NCBI GenBank assembly: GCA_020725385.1
Contig: DYFC01000017.1
Location: 32,001-96,000, forward strand
Direction of reading: 5' to 3'
Length of the DNA stretch: 64,000 bases
Origin: Nitrospira japonica
Lineage (GTDB): Bacteria; Nitrospirota; Thermodesulfovibrionia; Thermodesulfovibrionales; SM23-35
Below, piece after piece: positions 29,894 to 39,224 of the stretch (positions are counted from its first letter, which is position 1; each line of letters begins with the position of its first letter). The notes below the pieces were generated by a model. It was not told the origin of the DNA, did no database searches, and saw nothing but the letters and a program-made list of their open reading frames with translations. Made by a program: the position numbers and the translations under genes.

Positions 29894-30751
29894 CTAAATA
29901 TCTTCCTTTTTATATAGAGTTTCAATATATCTATCAATACCTGTTTTCCAATCAGGTATATCAACATTTAAAGCTCCGGAAAGCTTCTTATTAGACATTG
30001 CTGAAAAAAAAGGCCTTTTTGCAGGAGATGGAAAGTCATTTGAATTTGCCGGTAGAACAAGATTTTCTAAGCCTGCACGTTCTATGAAGTATCTTGCCAC
30101 CTCATATCTCGAAGCATATCCGCTGTTTGTTAAGTGATAAACTCCACGAAGTCTTTTATTTATCGAAAAAAGCGTTAGGCTGACAATATCGTTGGTGTAA
30201 GTTGGAATGGAAATCTGGTCACATACTATCTTAAGAACTTTATTATTTTTAGCCCAATCCAATAACTTTGATAAGAAATTTTGTCTTCCTTGACCAAAAA
30301 CCCAGCTAACTCTGAATAAAAGAAAATTATTCATGGTATCCTGAAGATATTTTTCACCTAATAATTTACTTTGCCCATATTTATTCAGGGGATTAGGTTC
30401 ATCATCTTCATTATAAAAGTCTCTCTTCAACCCATCAAAAATATAGTCTGTACTGTAATGAACAAGCAAAATATTGTTCTTTTTACATGCAATGGCAAGA
30501 TTCATAACACCTTCTGCATTTACTCGGAGAGCTATTTCATAATCATCTTCAGCCTTATCAACAAAATTATACGCTGCACAATTTAATACAATATCAGGTT
30601 TATTTTCCTCTATTTTTTTTAGGACAGCATCCATATTTGAGATGTCAAGACTTGCCTTATCAAAAGAACAATAATCATGTCCAAAATCTTTTAAATATTC
30701 AGGAAATTCTTTTGCAAGCTGTCCGTTAGCCCCTGTGATTAAAAATTTCAT
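29894..30751 (-). CDS. rfbD: dTDP-4-dehydrorhamnose reductase
   Basis: GANGQL, AAYNFVDKAE, STDYIFDG and YGQSK motifs. Confidence 0.93.
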   Translation of the reverse strand: MKFLITGANGQLAKEFPEYLKDFGHDYCSFDKASLDISNMDAVLKKIEENKPDIVLNCAAYNFVDKAEDDYEIALRVNAEGVMNLAIACKKNNILLVHYSTDYIFDGLKRDFYNEDDEPNPLNKYGQSKLLGEKYLQDTMNNFLLFRVSWVFGQGRQNFLSKLLDWAKNNKVLKIVCDQISIPTYTNDIVSLTLFSINKRLRGVYHLTNSGYASRYEVARYFIERAGLENLVLPANSNDFPSPAKRPFFSAMSNKKLSGALNVDIPDWKTGIDRYIETLYKKEDI

Positions 30752-30781
30752 AAAATCTTATAAAAGTAATGAAGATTAATG

Positions 30782-31336
30782 TTAATAAACAAAATTATTA
30801 TCTGCTTCCTTCAAATAAGGATGCTTTTTATCTTTTTCTGAAAGTATAGGTTCTAATATAGGCCAGTTAATATTTATATCAGGATCATTCCATATTATAC
30901 CTCTATCACAAACAGGGGAATATTCTCTTGTGCATTTATAAAGAACTTCAGCAGTTTCTGAGATTACAACAAAACCATGTGCAAAACCTGATGGGACATA
31001 GAGCATTAACCTGTTTTCTCCTGATAACTCAACTCCAATCCATTTTGAATAATAAGGTGAATTTTTACGTATATCCACTACAACATCAAATATTTTACCT
31101 CTTAAGCACTGAACAAGCTTTGCCTGAGCATCGGGATTTTTTTGATAATGAAGTCCGCGCAAAACCCCTTTATATGAAAATGAGAAATTATCCTGTAAAA
31201 AGTATTCTTTGATTCCAGCTTTTAGAAAGTCTGAATATTTGTAAGTCTCAGCAAAATACCCTCTTGAATCAGAAAAAATTTCAGGTGTTATTAAAATTAC
31301 TCCCGGGATTTCTAATTGCTTAAAAGTAAATGGCAT
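30782..31336 (-). CDS. rfbC: dTDP-4-dehydrorhamnose 3,5-epimerase
   Basis: DSRGYF, LRGLHYQ and GFAHGF motifs. Confidence 0.95.
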   Translation of the reverse strand: MPFTFKQLEIPGVILITPEIFSDSRGYFAETYKYSDFLKAGIKEYFLQDNFSFSYKGVLRGLHYQKNPDAQAKLVQCLRGKIFDVVVDIRKNSPYYSKWIGVELSGENRLMLYVPSGFAHGFVVISETAEVLYKCTREYSPVCDRGIIWNDPDININWPILEPILSEKDKKHPYLKEADNNFVY

Positions 31337-31340
31337 ATAT

Positions 31341-32213
31341 TTATTTAATCAATCTCATTAAATATTTTCCGTATTCATTCTTATTAAGATTTTGGGCAAG
31401 TTTAATTAACTGTTCCTTATTTATGTAACCTAATTTAAAAGCTATTTCTTCAATACATGCAATCTTAAGCCCCTGTCTTCTCTCGATTGTTGCTATAAAT
31501 TCACCTGCTTCAAGAAGGCTTTCATGTGTCCCTGTGTCAAGCCATGCAAAACCTCTACCCATTAATTCTACCCTTAATTTTTTATTTTTCAGGTATTCTT
31601 TGTTTACATCTGTTATTTCAAGTTCTCCTCTATGTGAGGGTTTTATTCTTTCTGCGATACAAATTACTTGATTATCATAGAAATAGAGTCCTGTAACCGC
31701 ATATTTTGATTTTGGAGTTTTTGGTTTTTCTTCGATTGAAAGAACATTACCGTTTTCATCAAACTCTACAACCCCGTATCTTTCAGGATCATTTACATAA
31801 TATCCAAATACTGTGGCTCCTCCAAGATTCTCAATATCAGAATATGCTTTTTTCAGTAAATTTGTGAAACCATGACCGTAAAATATATTATCTCCAAGAA
31901 CAAGGCAAACATTATCATCTTTTATGAATTCCTTAGCGATTATGAATGCCTGGGCAATTCCACCGGGATGTGGCTGTTCTTTGTATGAAAAATTCAGACC
32001 AAGATTTTCTCCTGTCCCAAAAATCTGGATAAAGCGGGGCAAATCAGCAGGTGTTGAAATGATAATAATATCCCTTATCCCTGCGAGCATTAAAACAGAT
32101 AAGGGATAATAAATCATCGGTTTATCGTATATAGGTAACAACTGTTTACATACCCCTAAAGTAATGGGGTATAATCTTGTTCCGCTTCCGCCTGCTAAAA
32201 TTATGCCTTTCAT
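31341..32213 (-). CDS. rfbA: Glucose-1-phosphate thymidylyltransferase
   Basis: [25 protein letters not shown] and WLDTGT motifs. Confidence 0.96.
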   Translation of the reverse strand: MKGIILAGGSGTRLYPITLGVCKQLLPIYDKPMIYYPLSVLMLAGIRDIIIISTPADLPRFIQIFGTGENLGLNFSYKEQPHPGGIAQAFIIAKEFIKDDNVCLVLGDNIFYGHGFTNLLKKAYSDIENLGGATVFGYYVNDPERYGVVEFDENGNVLSIEEKPKTPKSKYAVTGLYFYDNQVICIAERIKPSHRGELEITDVNKEYLKNKKLRVELMGRGFAWLDTGTHESLLEAGEFIATIERRQGLKIACIEEIAFKLGYINKEQLIKLAQNLNKNEYGKYLMRLIK

Positions 32214-32299
32214 TTTGTATTTTATTTTACATTACATTAATAAATATTAAAATACCTTGTTATTCACATTATTTCAAATTTTGTGATAAGATTAGTCTG

Positions 32300-33160
32300 A
32301 TGAAAATAATTGATATTCATACTCATGGGATTGGCGGGTATGACACAAGAACTACAGATTTTAAACACCTCTTAAACATAGCACATCTTCATGGCTTAAA
32401 AGGTGTAGAAGAAATTCTCCTTACAATTTATCCAGCAACAATCAAATTAATGCGTGAGAACATGGAAAATATAAGAAAAGCTATGGAAATACAAAATCAA
32501 TTAATTGATAATGGTTCTAAAATTATTGGAATTCATCTTGAAGGTCCTTTTCTTAATCCTGCCTATTGTGGCGCTTTAAATGCTATGACTTTTCTTGAAC
32601 CTTCTGAAAAATTATTTTATGAATTGGTGGAAGGTTATGAAAATATTATTAAGATTATAACAATTGCACCGGAACTTGATGGTGCTCCTGAACTTATTAA
32701 AAAAATTTCCGACATTGGAATCATGGTAAACATGGGACATTCAGAGGCAACATACAATGAAGCTGAAAATGGATATAATCATGGGGCAAAAGGAGTTACA
32801 CATATATTCAATGCCATGAAAGGGTTACACCATAGGGAACCGGGGCTTGCAGGTTTTGGTTTGTTAAATAAGGATGTTTTTATAGAAATGATTGCTGACC
32901 CTTTTCATCTTAGTGAAAAAACAATCGAATTAATTTTTAAAGTTAAAGACCCTGAAAAAATAATTATTGTTTCCGATTCTGTAAAAGAGACAGAAACTTA
33001 TCCGGAAAACAAAGGGATATATAGCAATTATGGCAAATTGCTCGGTGGTAGTATGACTATAACTGAGTCTGCAAAAAGGCTAATTGATTCAGGATATGAA
33101 AAAGAAATAATAATGAATTGCATCACATCAAACCCAAAAAAATATTTAGAAAGGGAGTAA
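32300..33160 (+). CDS. nagA: N-acetylglucosamine-6-phosphate deacetylase (compact form)
   Basis: DIHTHG, HLEGPF, APE, GHS and THIFNAM motifs. Probable start ATG 32300, because the longer ORF overlaps rfbA. Confidence 0.82.
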   Translation: MKIIDIHTHGIGGYDTRTTDFKHLLNIAHLHGLKGVEEILLTIYPATIKLMRENMENIRKAMEIQNQLIDNGSKIIGIHLEGPFLNPAYCGALNAMTFLEPSEKLFYELVEGYENIIKIITIAPELDGAPELIKKISDIGIMVNMGHSEATYNEAENGYNHGAKGVTHIFNAMKGLHHREPGLAGFGLLNKDVFIEMIADPFHLSEKTIELIFKVKDPEKIIIVSDSVKETETYPENKGIYSNYGKLLGGSMTITESAKRLIDSGYEKEIIMNCITSNPKKYLERE

Positions 33161-33164
33161 ATTA

Positions 33165-33380
33165 ATGTCAGAGAAAGTTATTATTTATGGAAAGCCGGGT
33201 TGACCATATACAAAAAAAGCACTTGATGCTTATGGAGATAATGTTGAATATTATGATGTGAAAGCAGATGATAAAAATATGGAGAATATGCTAAAGATTT
33301 CAGGCGGAATAAGAAAAGTGCCTGTAATAGTAGAAAAAGGTAAAGTTACGGTAGGATTTGGTGGTGCATGAATTGTTTAA
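33165..33380 (+). CDS. Glutaredoxin-like selenoprotein with two Sec codons (UXX-star type)
   Basis: Hand translation MSEKVIIYGKPG-U-PYTKKALDAYGDNVEYYDVKADDKNMENMLKISGGIRKVPVIVEKGKVTVGFGGA-U-IV*; TGA at 33201 and 33369; AAGGGAG RBS; hairpins follow both UGAs. Confidence 0.88.
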
Positions 33381-33405
33381 TAATTTAGCGGCAGCTAAAT
33401 AAAAC
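33369..33405 (+). promoter_or_regulatory. Bacterial SECIS-like hairpin for the second UGA
   Basis: ATTTAGC-GGCA-GCTAAAT stem-loop 11 nt after the UGA, with G at the start of the apical loop. Confidence 0.65.
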
Positions 33406-33497
33406 AAAAATTTGCAGATTATTTATGCTTATCATACATAATGGCAATTCTTGGAGCTTCATCCTGAATAAATCCAGTAAATATGATTAAATAAAAT

Positions 33498-33980
33498 ATG
33501 TGGTATGCAATTTATTTGAAATCAGGAAAAGAAGATTCGGTTTCCTCACATCTCAAGAATGCTGGGATTGAAGTAATTAATGCAAAGCTAAAAATAAAAA
33601 AGTTTAAAAATAATAAATTAACAGAGGTTATCGAGCCTTTATTTCCCTGTTATATATTTGCCAATTTTGATAAGGATAAATATTCTCATATGATTACGTT
33701 TACCAGAGGAGTTCGTTATATAGTTGGAAAAAGTAATCCGTTAGTTGTAAGTGAAGATATAATTCAAGCTATTAAAGAAAATATGAATGAAAATAATTTT
33801 GTAATTATAAAACCCCGTAAATTTTCAAAAGGGGAAAAAGTTATTATTAAAGAAGGTCCTTTGAAAAATTTTTATGGAATATTTGAGAAAGAGCTTAAAG
33901 GACCAGAAAGAGTAATGATACTTCTTGAAACTCTTAATTATAAAGTGGAGATTGATGGAAGTTATCTTGAAATAGCTTAA
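33498..33980 (+). CDS. NusG paralog (RfaH/UpxY/LoaP-like antiterminator)
   Basis: WYAIY..SGKE, EPLFPCYIF, TRGV and KOW motif GEKVIIKEGPLKNFYG; not in a secE-rplK context. Confidence 0.85.
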   Translation: MWYAIYLKSGKEDSVSSHLKNAGIEVINAKLKIKKFKNNKLTEVIEPLFPCYIFANFDKDKYSHMITFTRGVRYIVGKSNPLVVSEDIIQAIKENMNENNFVIIKPRKFSKGEKVIIKEGPLKNFYGIFEKELKGPERVMILLETLNYKVEIDGSYLEIA

Positions 33981-34076
33981 AAGAAATAATTAAGACAATG
34001 TCCAATACTACTAAAGATATTTTGACTGTAAATATCTTTATCTGTTATCTTATTCAAAATTGATAAATATTTAGAA

Positions 34077-35357
34077 ATGGTAAAAAAATCAGAAAATAAA
34101 GAATATATCAGACCCCTTGAAAGAAAAGTCGAAGCTTTAAGAATTCTTACAGAGGTATCTTCAATAATATCATCTACACTTGATATCCGAGAATTGATGT
34201 CTCTTGTTATGGAAAAAGCAAAAGAAATTTTAAGTGCAGATGCATGTTCGATTCTTATTTATAACAAAAAGACCAATAAACTCGAGTTTGAAGTTGCTAT
34301 ATGCGGTGAAGAATCAACTTCAGAAATGTTAAAGGAAAAAATAACTCTTGATATGGGGCAGGGCATAGCTGGTTGGGTTGCACAGAACCAGCAAATTCTT
34401 GTAATTAAAGATGTAAAAAAAGATAAAAGGTTTTTTCATGATGTAGATAAAATGACTGGTTTTGAAACAAAATCTCTTATCGCTGCTCCTTTAATTGGAA
34501 GGCGTGGTTTAATCGGAGTTGCCGAAATAATCAATCCGCAAAAAGAAGATTATGACCTTGAAATATTAAGTATCCTTACAAAGCATTTTGCAACTGCAAT
34601 AGAGAATGCTATATACCATTCTGAATCTCTTGAAAGAGAAAGAATTAAACAGGAACTCGAAATTGCAGCAACATTGCAAAAAAGTTTTTTGCCTGAAAAC
34701 CCTATTTTTGAAAAAGGAAAAATTAAAGTTTTCGCAATAAACATACCAGCAAGACATGTAGGTGGAGACCTTTATGATTTTGTAGAACCGGTCAGGGGAA
34801 AAGTAGGAGTTTTTATTGGAGATGTTTCAGGTAAAGGTGTATCTGCTGCTTTATATATGGCTAAAATTATAAGTGATTTCAGGTATATTGCACGTGGAAT
34901 TAATTCTCCTTCAGAAGTTATGGGTAAATTGAATAAAGTACTATCTGGTGCGCCTAGAGGGATGTTTCTTACTGCTATATATCTTATTATTGATGTGGGA
35001 AATGGAGAATCGGTTATTTCAGTTGCAGGGCATCCTCCCTGCATACTCATAAATAAAGATGGAATAAAGGTTCTGGAAATGCAGACGGGGCCGCCGCTTG
35101 GAATTATTGAAACTGATTTTAAGGAGAATAAGATTAGTCTAAGGAGCGGTGACAGATTAATTATGCTTACAGATGGAGTATTTGAAGCAAAAAATATTTC
35201 AGGAGAAAGAATAGGTTTTAATGCTATATTGGAGTTTATTGGAGAAAACCAAAATATTGAAAATTTGTCTGAAAAAATAATAGGCCATATTAATGAATAT
35301 TCAAAAAATACAGAAATGGCTGATGATATCACAATTGTAGAAATTAAAATCCGGTGA
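34077..35357 (+). CDS. GAF-domain PP2C/SpoIIE phosphatase (RsbU-like)
   Basis: GAF domain (GIAGWVA, FETKSLIAAPL); VGGDLYD, GDVSGKG, TDGV and DDIT motifs. Confidence 0.9.
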   Translation: MVKKSENKEYIRPLERKVEALRILTEVSSIISSTLDIRELMSLVMEKAKEILSADACSILIYNKKTNKLEFEVAICGEESTSEMLKEKITLDMGQGIAGWVAQNQQILVIKDVKKDKRFFHDVDKMTGFETKSLIAAPLIGRRGLIGVAEIINPQKEDYDLEILSILTKHFATAIENAIYHSESLERERIKQELEIAATLQKSFLPENPIFEKGKIKVFAINIPARHVGGDLYDFVEPVRGKVGVFIGDVSGKGVSAALYMAKIISDFRYIARGINSPSEVMGKLNKVLSGAPRGMFLTAIYLIIDVGNGESVISVAGHPPCILINKDGIKVLEMQTGPPLGIIETDFKENKISLRSGDRLIMLTDGVFEAKNISGERIGFNAILEFIGENQNIENLSEKIIGHINEYSKNTEMADDITIVEIKIR

Positions 35358-35761
35358 AAGATTCGGTTAAAATAATAATACCTTCACATCCAAAGTATTT
35401 ATCTGTGGTCAGGAATGTTACTTCAAAGATTGGTGAAATATACGGGATTGATGAAACAATAGTGAATGATTTAAAACTTGCAATTGATGAAGCATGTACA
35501 AATATAATCAGACATGCTTATAAAGGTGATACAACAAAGAGAATTATAATTAGATATACAGTTAATCCCGGGCAATATACTGTTGTTCTTGAAGATAATG
35601 GAATAAAAGCCGATAAAAATAAACTAAAGGGAAGAGATCTGAACGATATAAAACCTGGCGGACTCGGAATACATTTTATAAAAAGAGTTTTTGATATTTT
35701 TATGCTTGATGAAAAAAAGAAAAAAGGCAATAGGCTTATTCTTGTTAAATATCTTAAATGA
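35354..35761 (+). CDS. Anti-sigma-factor-type Ser kinase (RsbW/SpoIIAB-like)
   Basis: N box EACTNIIRHAY, DNG and GGLG motifs. Confidence 0.88.
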   Translation: MKDSVKIIIPSHPKYLSVVRNVTSKIGEIYGIDETIVNDLKLAIDEACTNIIRHAYKGDTTKRIIIRYTVNPGQYTVVLEDNGIKADKNKLKGRDLNDIKPGGLGIHFIKRVFDIFMLDEKKKKGNRLILVKYLK

Positions 35762-36090
35762 AAACTGAAATAACAGATTTTAAAGGGAATAAAAGAATTA
35801 AGATAACAGGTGATATTGATATGCATACTTCTCCTGAACTCAGAGAAGTTCTTTTATCAATAATAAAGAAGTCAAAAAATCAGTGCGTCTGTGTGGATTT
35901 TACGGATGTTACTTATATAGATAGCTCAGGTATTGCCACATTTGTTGAAGGACTTAAAGCAATAAGGGCATCCGGGAGTAGATTATTTTTCTACGGATTA
36001 CCTGAAAGTATAATGGAAATCTTCAGGTTCTCAAGACTTGATAGGGTATTTGAGATATTCAGGACATTTGAAGATGCCTTCGGAATCTAA
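35758..36090 (+). CDS. STAS protein (RsbV/SpoIIAA-like)
   Basis: GDID, and DFTDVTYIDSSG carrying the phosphorylatable Ser. Confidence 0.9.
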   Translation: MKTEITDFKGNKRIKITGDIDMHTSPELREVLLSIIKKSKNQCVCVDFTDVTYIDSSGIATFVEGLKAIRASGSRLFFYGLPESIMEIFRFSRLDRVFEIFRTFEDAFGI

Positions 36091-36880
36091 GAATATTGTA
36101 GAAGTTATAGGAAGTAAAACAAAACCTATTAAGATAAGCATACATAATATTTCATGCATTATTAATGATATTTTTTACTGGACTTTTATCTCTCCTTTTA
36201 AAGGATTTCCCATAAGGTTTAAGGCTTGTGTTAATGAAATGGTTAAAGCAGGATATAATTCAGTTCCTATAATCTCTGTAATCTCTTTTTTTATAGGTGT
36301 TATTCTTGCTTTTCAGGCTGCTTATCAACTTAAAAAAGTAGGGGCTTTGATTTATGTTGCAAATCTCGTTGGAGTGTCTCTTACAAGAGAACTCGGACCG
36401 ATAATTACAGCAATAATTGTCTCTGGAAGAAGCGGCTCTGCTTATGCCGCAGAGATAGGTTCAATGAAAGCTGCTGAAGAGATTGATGCATTGATAAGTA
36501 TGGGAATAAATCCTGTCAGGTTTATTGTTGTTCCAAAACTCATAGCTCTGATGGTAATGGTTCCCGCTCTTACGATTTTTTCTGACTTGATTGGAATATT
36601 CGGTGGCTTCGTATTATCAACTACTATTCTTGAAATACATCCTTCAAATTATTTCCAGCAAACTATAAATGCACTTCTTGTTAAAGACATCCTAACCGGG
36701 CTCATGAAAGCATGGGCATTCGGAGTTGTAATAACAATAGTCGGTGTTTATCAAGGGTTTATGGTAAAAGGCGGAGCTGAAGAAGTAGGCCGTAGAACTA
36801 CATCAGCTGTTGTTGCTTCTATCTTTTTAGTAATTGTATCGGATTTATTTTTCACAGCATTATTTTATTATTTCACGTAA
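36074..36880 (+). CDS. MlaE-family ABC permease
   Basis: RELGPIITA, GRSGSAYAAEIGSMK..EEIDAL and VGRRTT motifs; probable start ATG 36074. Confidence 0.9.
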   Translation: MPSESKNIVEVIGSKTKPIKISIHNISCIINDIFYWTFISPFKGFPIRFKACVNEMVKAGYNSVPIISVISFFIGVILAFQAAYQLKKVGALIYVANLVGVSLTRELGPIITAIIVSGRSGSAYAAEIGSMKAAEEIDALISMGINPVRFIVVPKLIALMVMVPALTIFSDLIGIFGGFVLSTTILEIHPSNYFQQTINALLVKDILTGLMKAWAFGVVITIVGVYQGFMVKGGAEEVGRRTTSAVVASIFLVIVSDLFFTALFYYFT

Positions 36881-36881
36881 T

Positions 36882-37667
36882 ATGGAAAAAGCAATAGAAG
36901 TAGAAAACTTAGTAACACATTACGGAGATAGAGAGATATTAAAGAATATATCTTTCTCAATACCAAAAGGTTCGATTACTGTAATACTCGGAGGAAGCGG
37001 ATGCGGTAAAAGCACTTTGCTAAAACACCTTATAGGATTGCTCAAGCCAACTTCAGGAAGGATAATTATAAAGGGAAATGATATAACAAAAATGAATGAA
37101 GATCAGATGAATGAGATAAGAAAAAAAATGGGTATACTTTTTCAGGGTGCTGCTTTGCTTAATTCAATGACAATTCTTGATAATGTTGCTTTGCCTTTAC
37201 ACGAACATACAAAACTTAAAGAATCAACAATTGAAATAATGGTCAGGATGAAACTTGACCTTGTTGGGCTGTCAGGTTTTGATTCTTTCTATCCTTCTCA
37301 ACTTTCAGGTGGAATGAAAAAAAGGGCAGGACTTGCGAGAGCCCTTGCCTTAGACCCTGAAATGCTTTTTTTCGATGAGCCTTCAGCAGGACTTGATCCT
37401 GTTACTGCTGCCGGACTTGATGAACTTATTATTAAATTGAATAAGGTTTTCAGAATGACAATTATAGTGGTAACTCATGAATTGCCGAGTGTATTCAAAA
37501 TAGCTGATTATGTTATTATGCTTGACAAAGGCTATGTGATTTTCTCGGGAACTCTTAATGAACTGAAGACTTCTGATAATCCAAGAATCAGAATGTTTCT
37601 TGAAAGGCAGCCTGAAGAGGAAAAATATTCACCAGATGATTATTTCAAGGTAATTGCAGGAGAGTAA
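36882..37667 (+). CDS. MlaF-family ABC ATPase
   Basis: GGSGCGKS, LFQGAAL, LSGGMKKRAGLARA and DEPSAGLDP motifs. Confidence 0.9.
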   Translation: MEKAIEVENLVTHYGDREILKNISFSIPKGSITVILGGSGCGKSTLLKHLIGLLKPTSGRIIIKGNDITKMNEDQMNEIRKKMGILFQGAALLNSMTILDNVALPLHEHTKLKESTIEIMVRMKLDLVGLSGFDSFYPSQLSGGMKKRAGLARALALDPEMLFFDEPSAGLDPVTAAGLDELIIKLNKVFRMTIIVVTHELPSVFKIADYVIMLDKGYVIFSGTLNELKTSDNPRIRMFLERQPEEEKYSPDDYFKVIAGE

Positions 37668-37668
37668 T

Positions 37669-38544
37669 ATGAAAGAAGAGTTTAAGGCCGGTATAATTAT
37701 TGTTTCAGCTATTGTAATCCTTAGTATTTTCATAATCCTTATAGGTGGCGGCCAGTTGTTCGAGAAGTTTGATATTTACTATGTAAAAGTAATGAACGCA
37801 GCAGGGCTCGAGACAGGTGCTCAGGTAAAGCTCGGAGGAGTTAAAGTTGGCAGGGTTTTAAATGTAAAACCTCCGGTATCTTTTGGTGAACCTGTTAATA
37901 TAGAAATAGGTCTAAAAAAAGGCACAATTCTATATAAAGGAACAAAAGCTTATATAACACAAATTGGTTTTGTTGGAGATATTTACCTGCTTCTTTCTGT
38001 AAAAGATACAACCAATGAAATTATAAAAGTCGGCTCGGTTATTCCATCTGAAGAGCATATGCAGATGGATGTTCTCATGGCAAAGCTGAATAACCTTTCT
38101 TCATCTGTTGATAAACTCATAAATGACGTAGATAAAATATTTAGCGAAAGAAATGTAAAAGGAATCGAGAATATTATAGGCAATACTAATAAAGCAATTG
38201 TCACAAGTTCAGAAAATATTGATAAAGTTGCGCTTGGCTTGAAGAATACAACAGAAAGACTTGAAAAAGTATTAAATGAGATTGAAAGTCTTCTTAAAGA
38301 AAATAAAGGTGATGTTGCCCAACTTCTGAAAAGGGCGCGTGAAAATATAGACAAAGCCGGTGATATGATGAAAAGCATAGAAAAAACTTCAAAATCGGTT
38401 GATAAAACAGTTTTGCACCAATCAAAAAATATTGACCAATTAATTAACTCTATGACAAGAACTACCGAAGAGCTTCAGGAAGTTTTACAAGAAATAAAAA
38501 ATAAACCATGGAGTCTTATTTATAAAGATGGGAGGGGAGAATAA
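37669..38544 (+). CDS. MlaD/MCE-domain protein with long helical extension
   Basis: TM anchor, AAGLETGAQVKLGGVKVGRV, coiled coil ending KNKPWSLI. Confidence 0.88.
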   Translation: MKEEFKAGIIIVSAIVILSIFIILIGGGQLFEKFDIYYVKVMNAAGLETGAQVKLGGVKVGRVLNVKPPVSFGEPVNIEIGLKKGTILYKGTKAYITQIGFVGDIYLLLSVKDTTNEIIKVGSVIPSEEHMQMDVLMAKLNNLSSSVDKLINDVDKIFSERNVKGIENIIGNTNKAIVTSSENIDKVALGLKNTTERLEKVLNEIESLLKENKGDVAQLLKRARENIDKAGDMMKSIEKTSKSVDKTVLHQSKNIDQLINSMTRTTEELQEVLQEIKNKPWSLIYKDGRGE

Positions 38545-38545
38545 G

Positions 38546-39148
38546 ATGGAAAAGAAGACTAAACTAATTTTAATATACCTTTCAATAATAGTATTTTCTA
38601 TAAGTTTATTAATGAGTGCATGTACAATGCCCCAGACAAAAATTTATAGCCTTGATTTGAATTATCCTTATAATGAAAAAGATTTGAAAAGCAAATTCTC
38701 TGAAAAGGCAGTTACGATTATTGTTAATGCACCAAGACATCTTTCGCAACCTTATATTGTCTATAGAACCTCACCATATGAAATGGAAATATCAAAATAC
38801 TCAAAATGGGAAGCTTCTCCGCAAGAGATTATAAAAAAAGCAATGAAAGATTACCTTTCATCCTCAAGAATATTTAAAGAAGTTAAAACATCATATACTT
38901 TTCAGGAAGGCTATTATACTCTTGAGATTGATTTGAAAAAATTTGAAAGATTTGATTCAGAGAATAAATCATATGGAGAATTATTATTTGATTATATACT
39001 AATTTCTCCTGAAGGAAATGAGATTGTGTGCTCAACAATAAATAAAAGAATGGAACTTCAGGAAAAATCATTTCTCGGTCTTGCAAAAATTCTTACTAAT
39101 GCAATAAAAGAAGCCTCCATTGAAATCGGTGATAAGATTGTAAAATGA
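38546..39148 (+). CDS. PqiC-like ABC transport auxiliary lipoprotein
   Basis: Lipobox MSAC; IVYR...WEASP; follows the MCE gene. Confidence 0.78.
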   Translation: MEKKTKLILIYLSIIVFSISLLMSACTMPQTKIYSLDLNYPYNEKDLKSKFSEKAVTIIVNAPRHLSQPYIVYRTSPYEMEISKYSKWEASPQEIIKKAMKDYLSSSRIFKEVKTSYTFQEGYYTLEIDLKKFERFDSENKSYGELLFDYILISPEGNEIVCSTINKRMELQEKSFLGLAKILTNAIKEASIEIGDKIVK

Positions 39149-39224
39149 TAAATTGTCCTGAATTTAATGTGTTCCAGCTTGTAAGCTTTTTCAACCGCAT
39201 TACTTGTTTGAATATATTCAATAT

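Noticed and set aside
32177-32299. N-terminal extension of nagA given in the ORF track
   Set aside because: It overlaps the start of divergent rfbA and the shared promoter region; ATG 32300 fits better.
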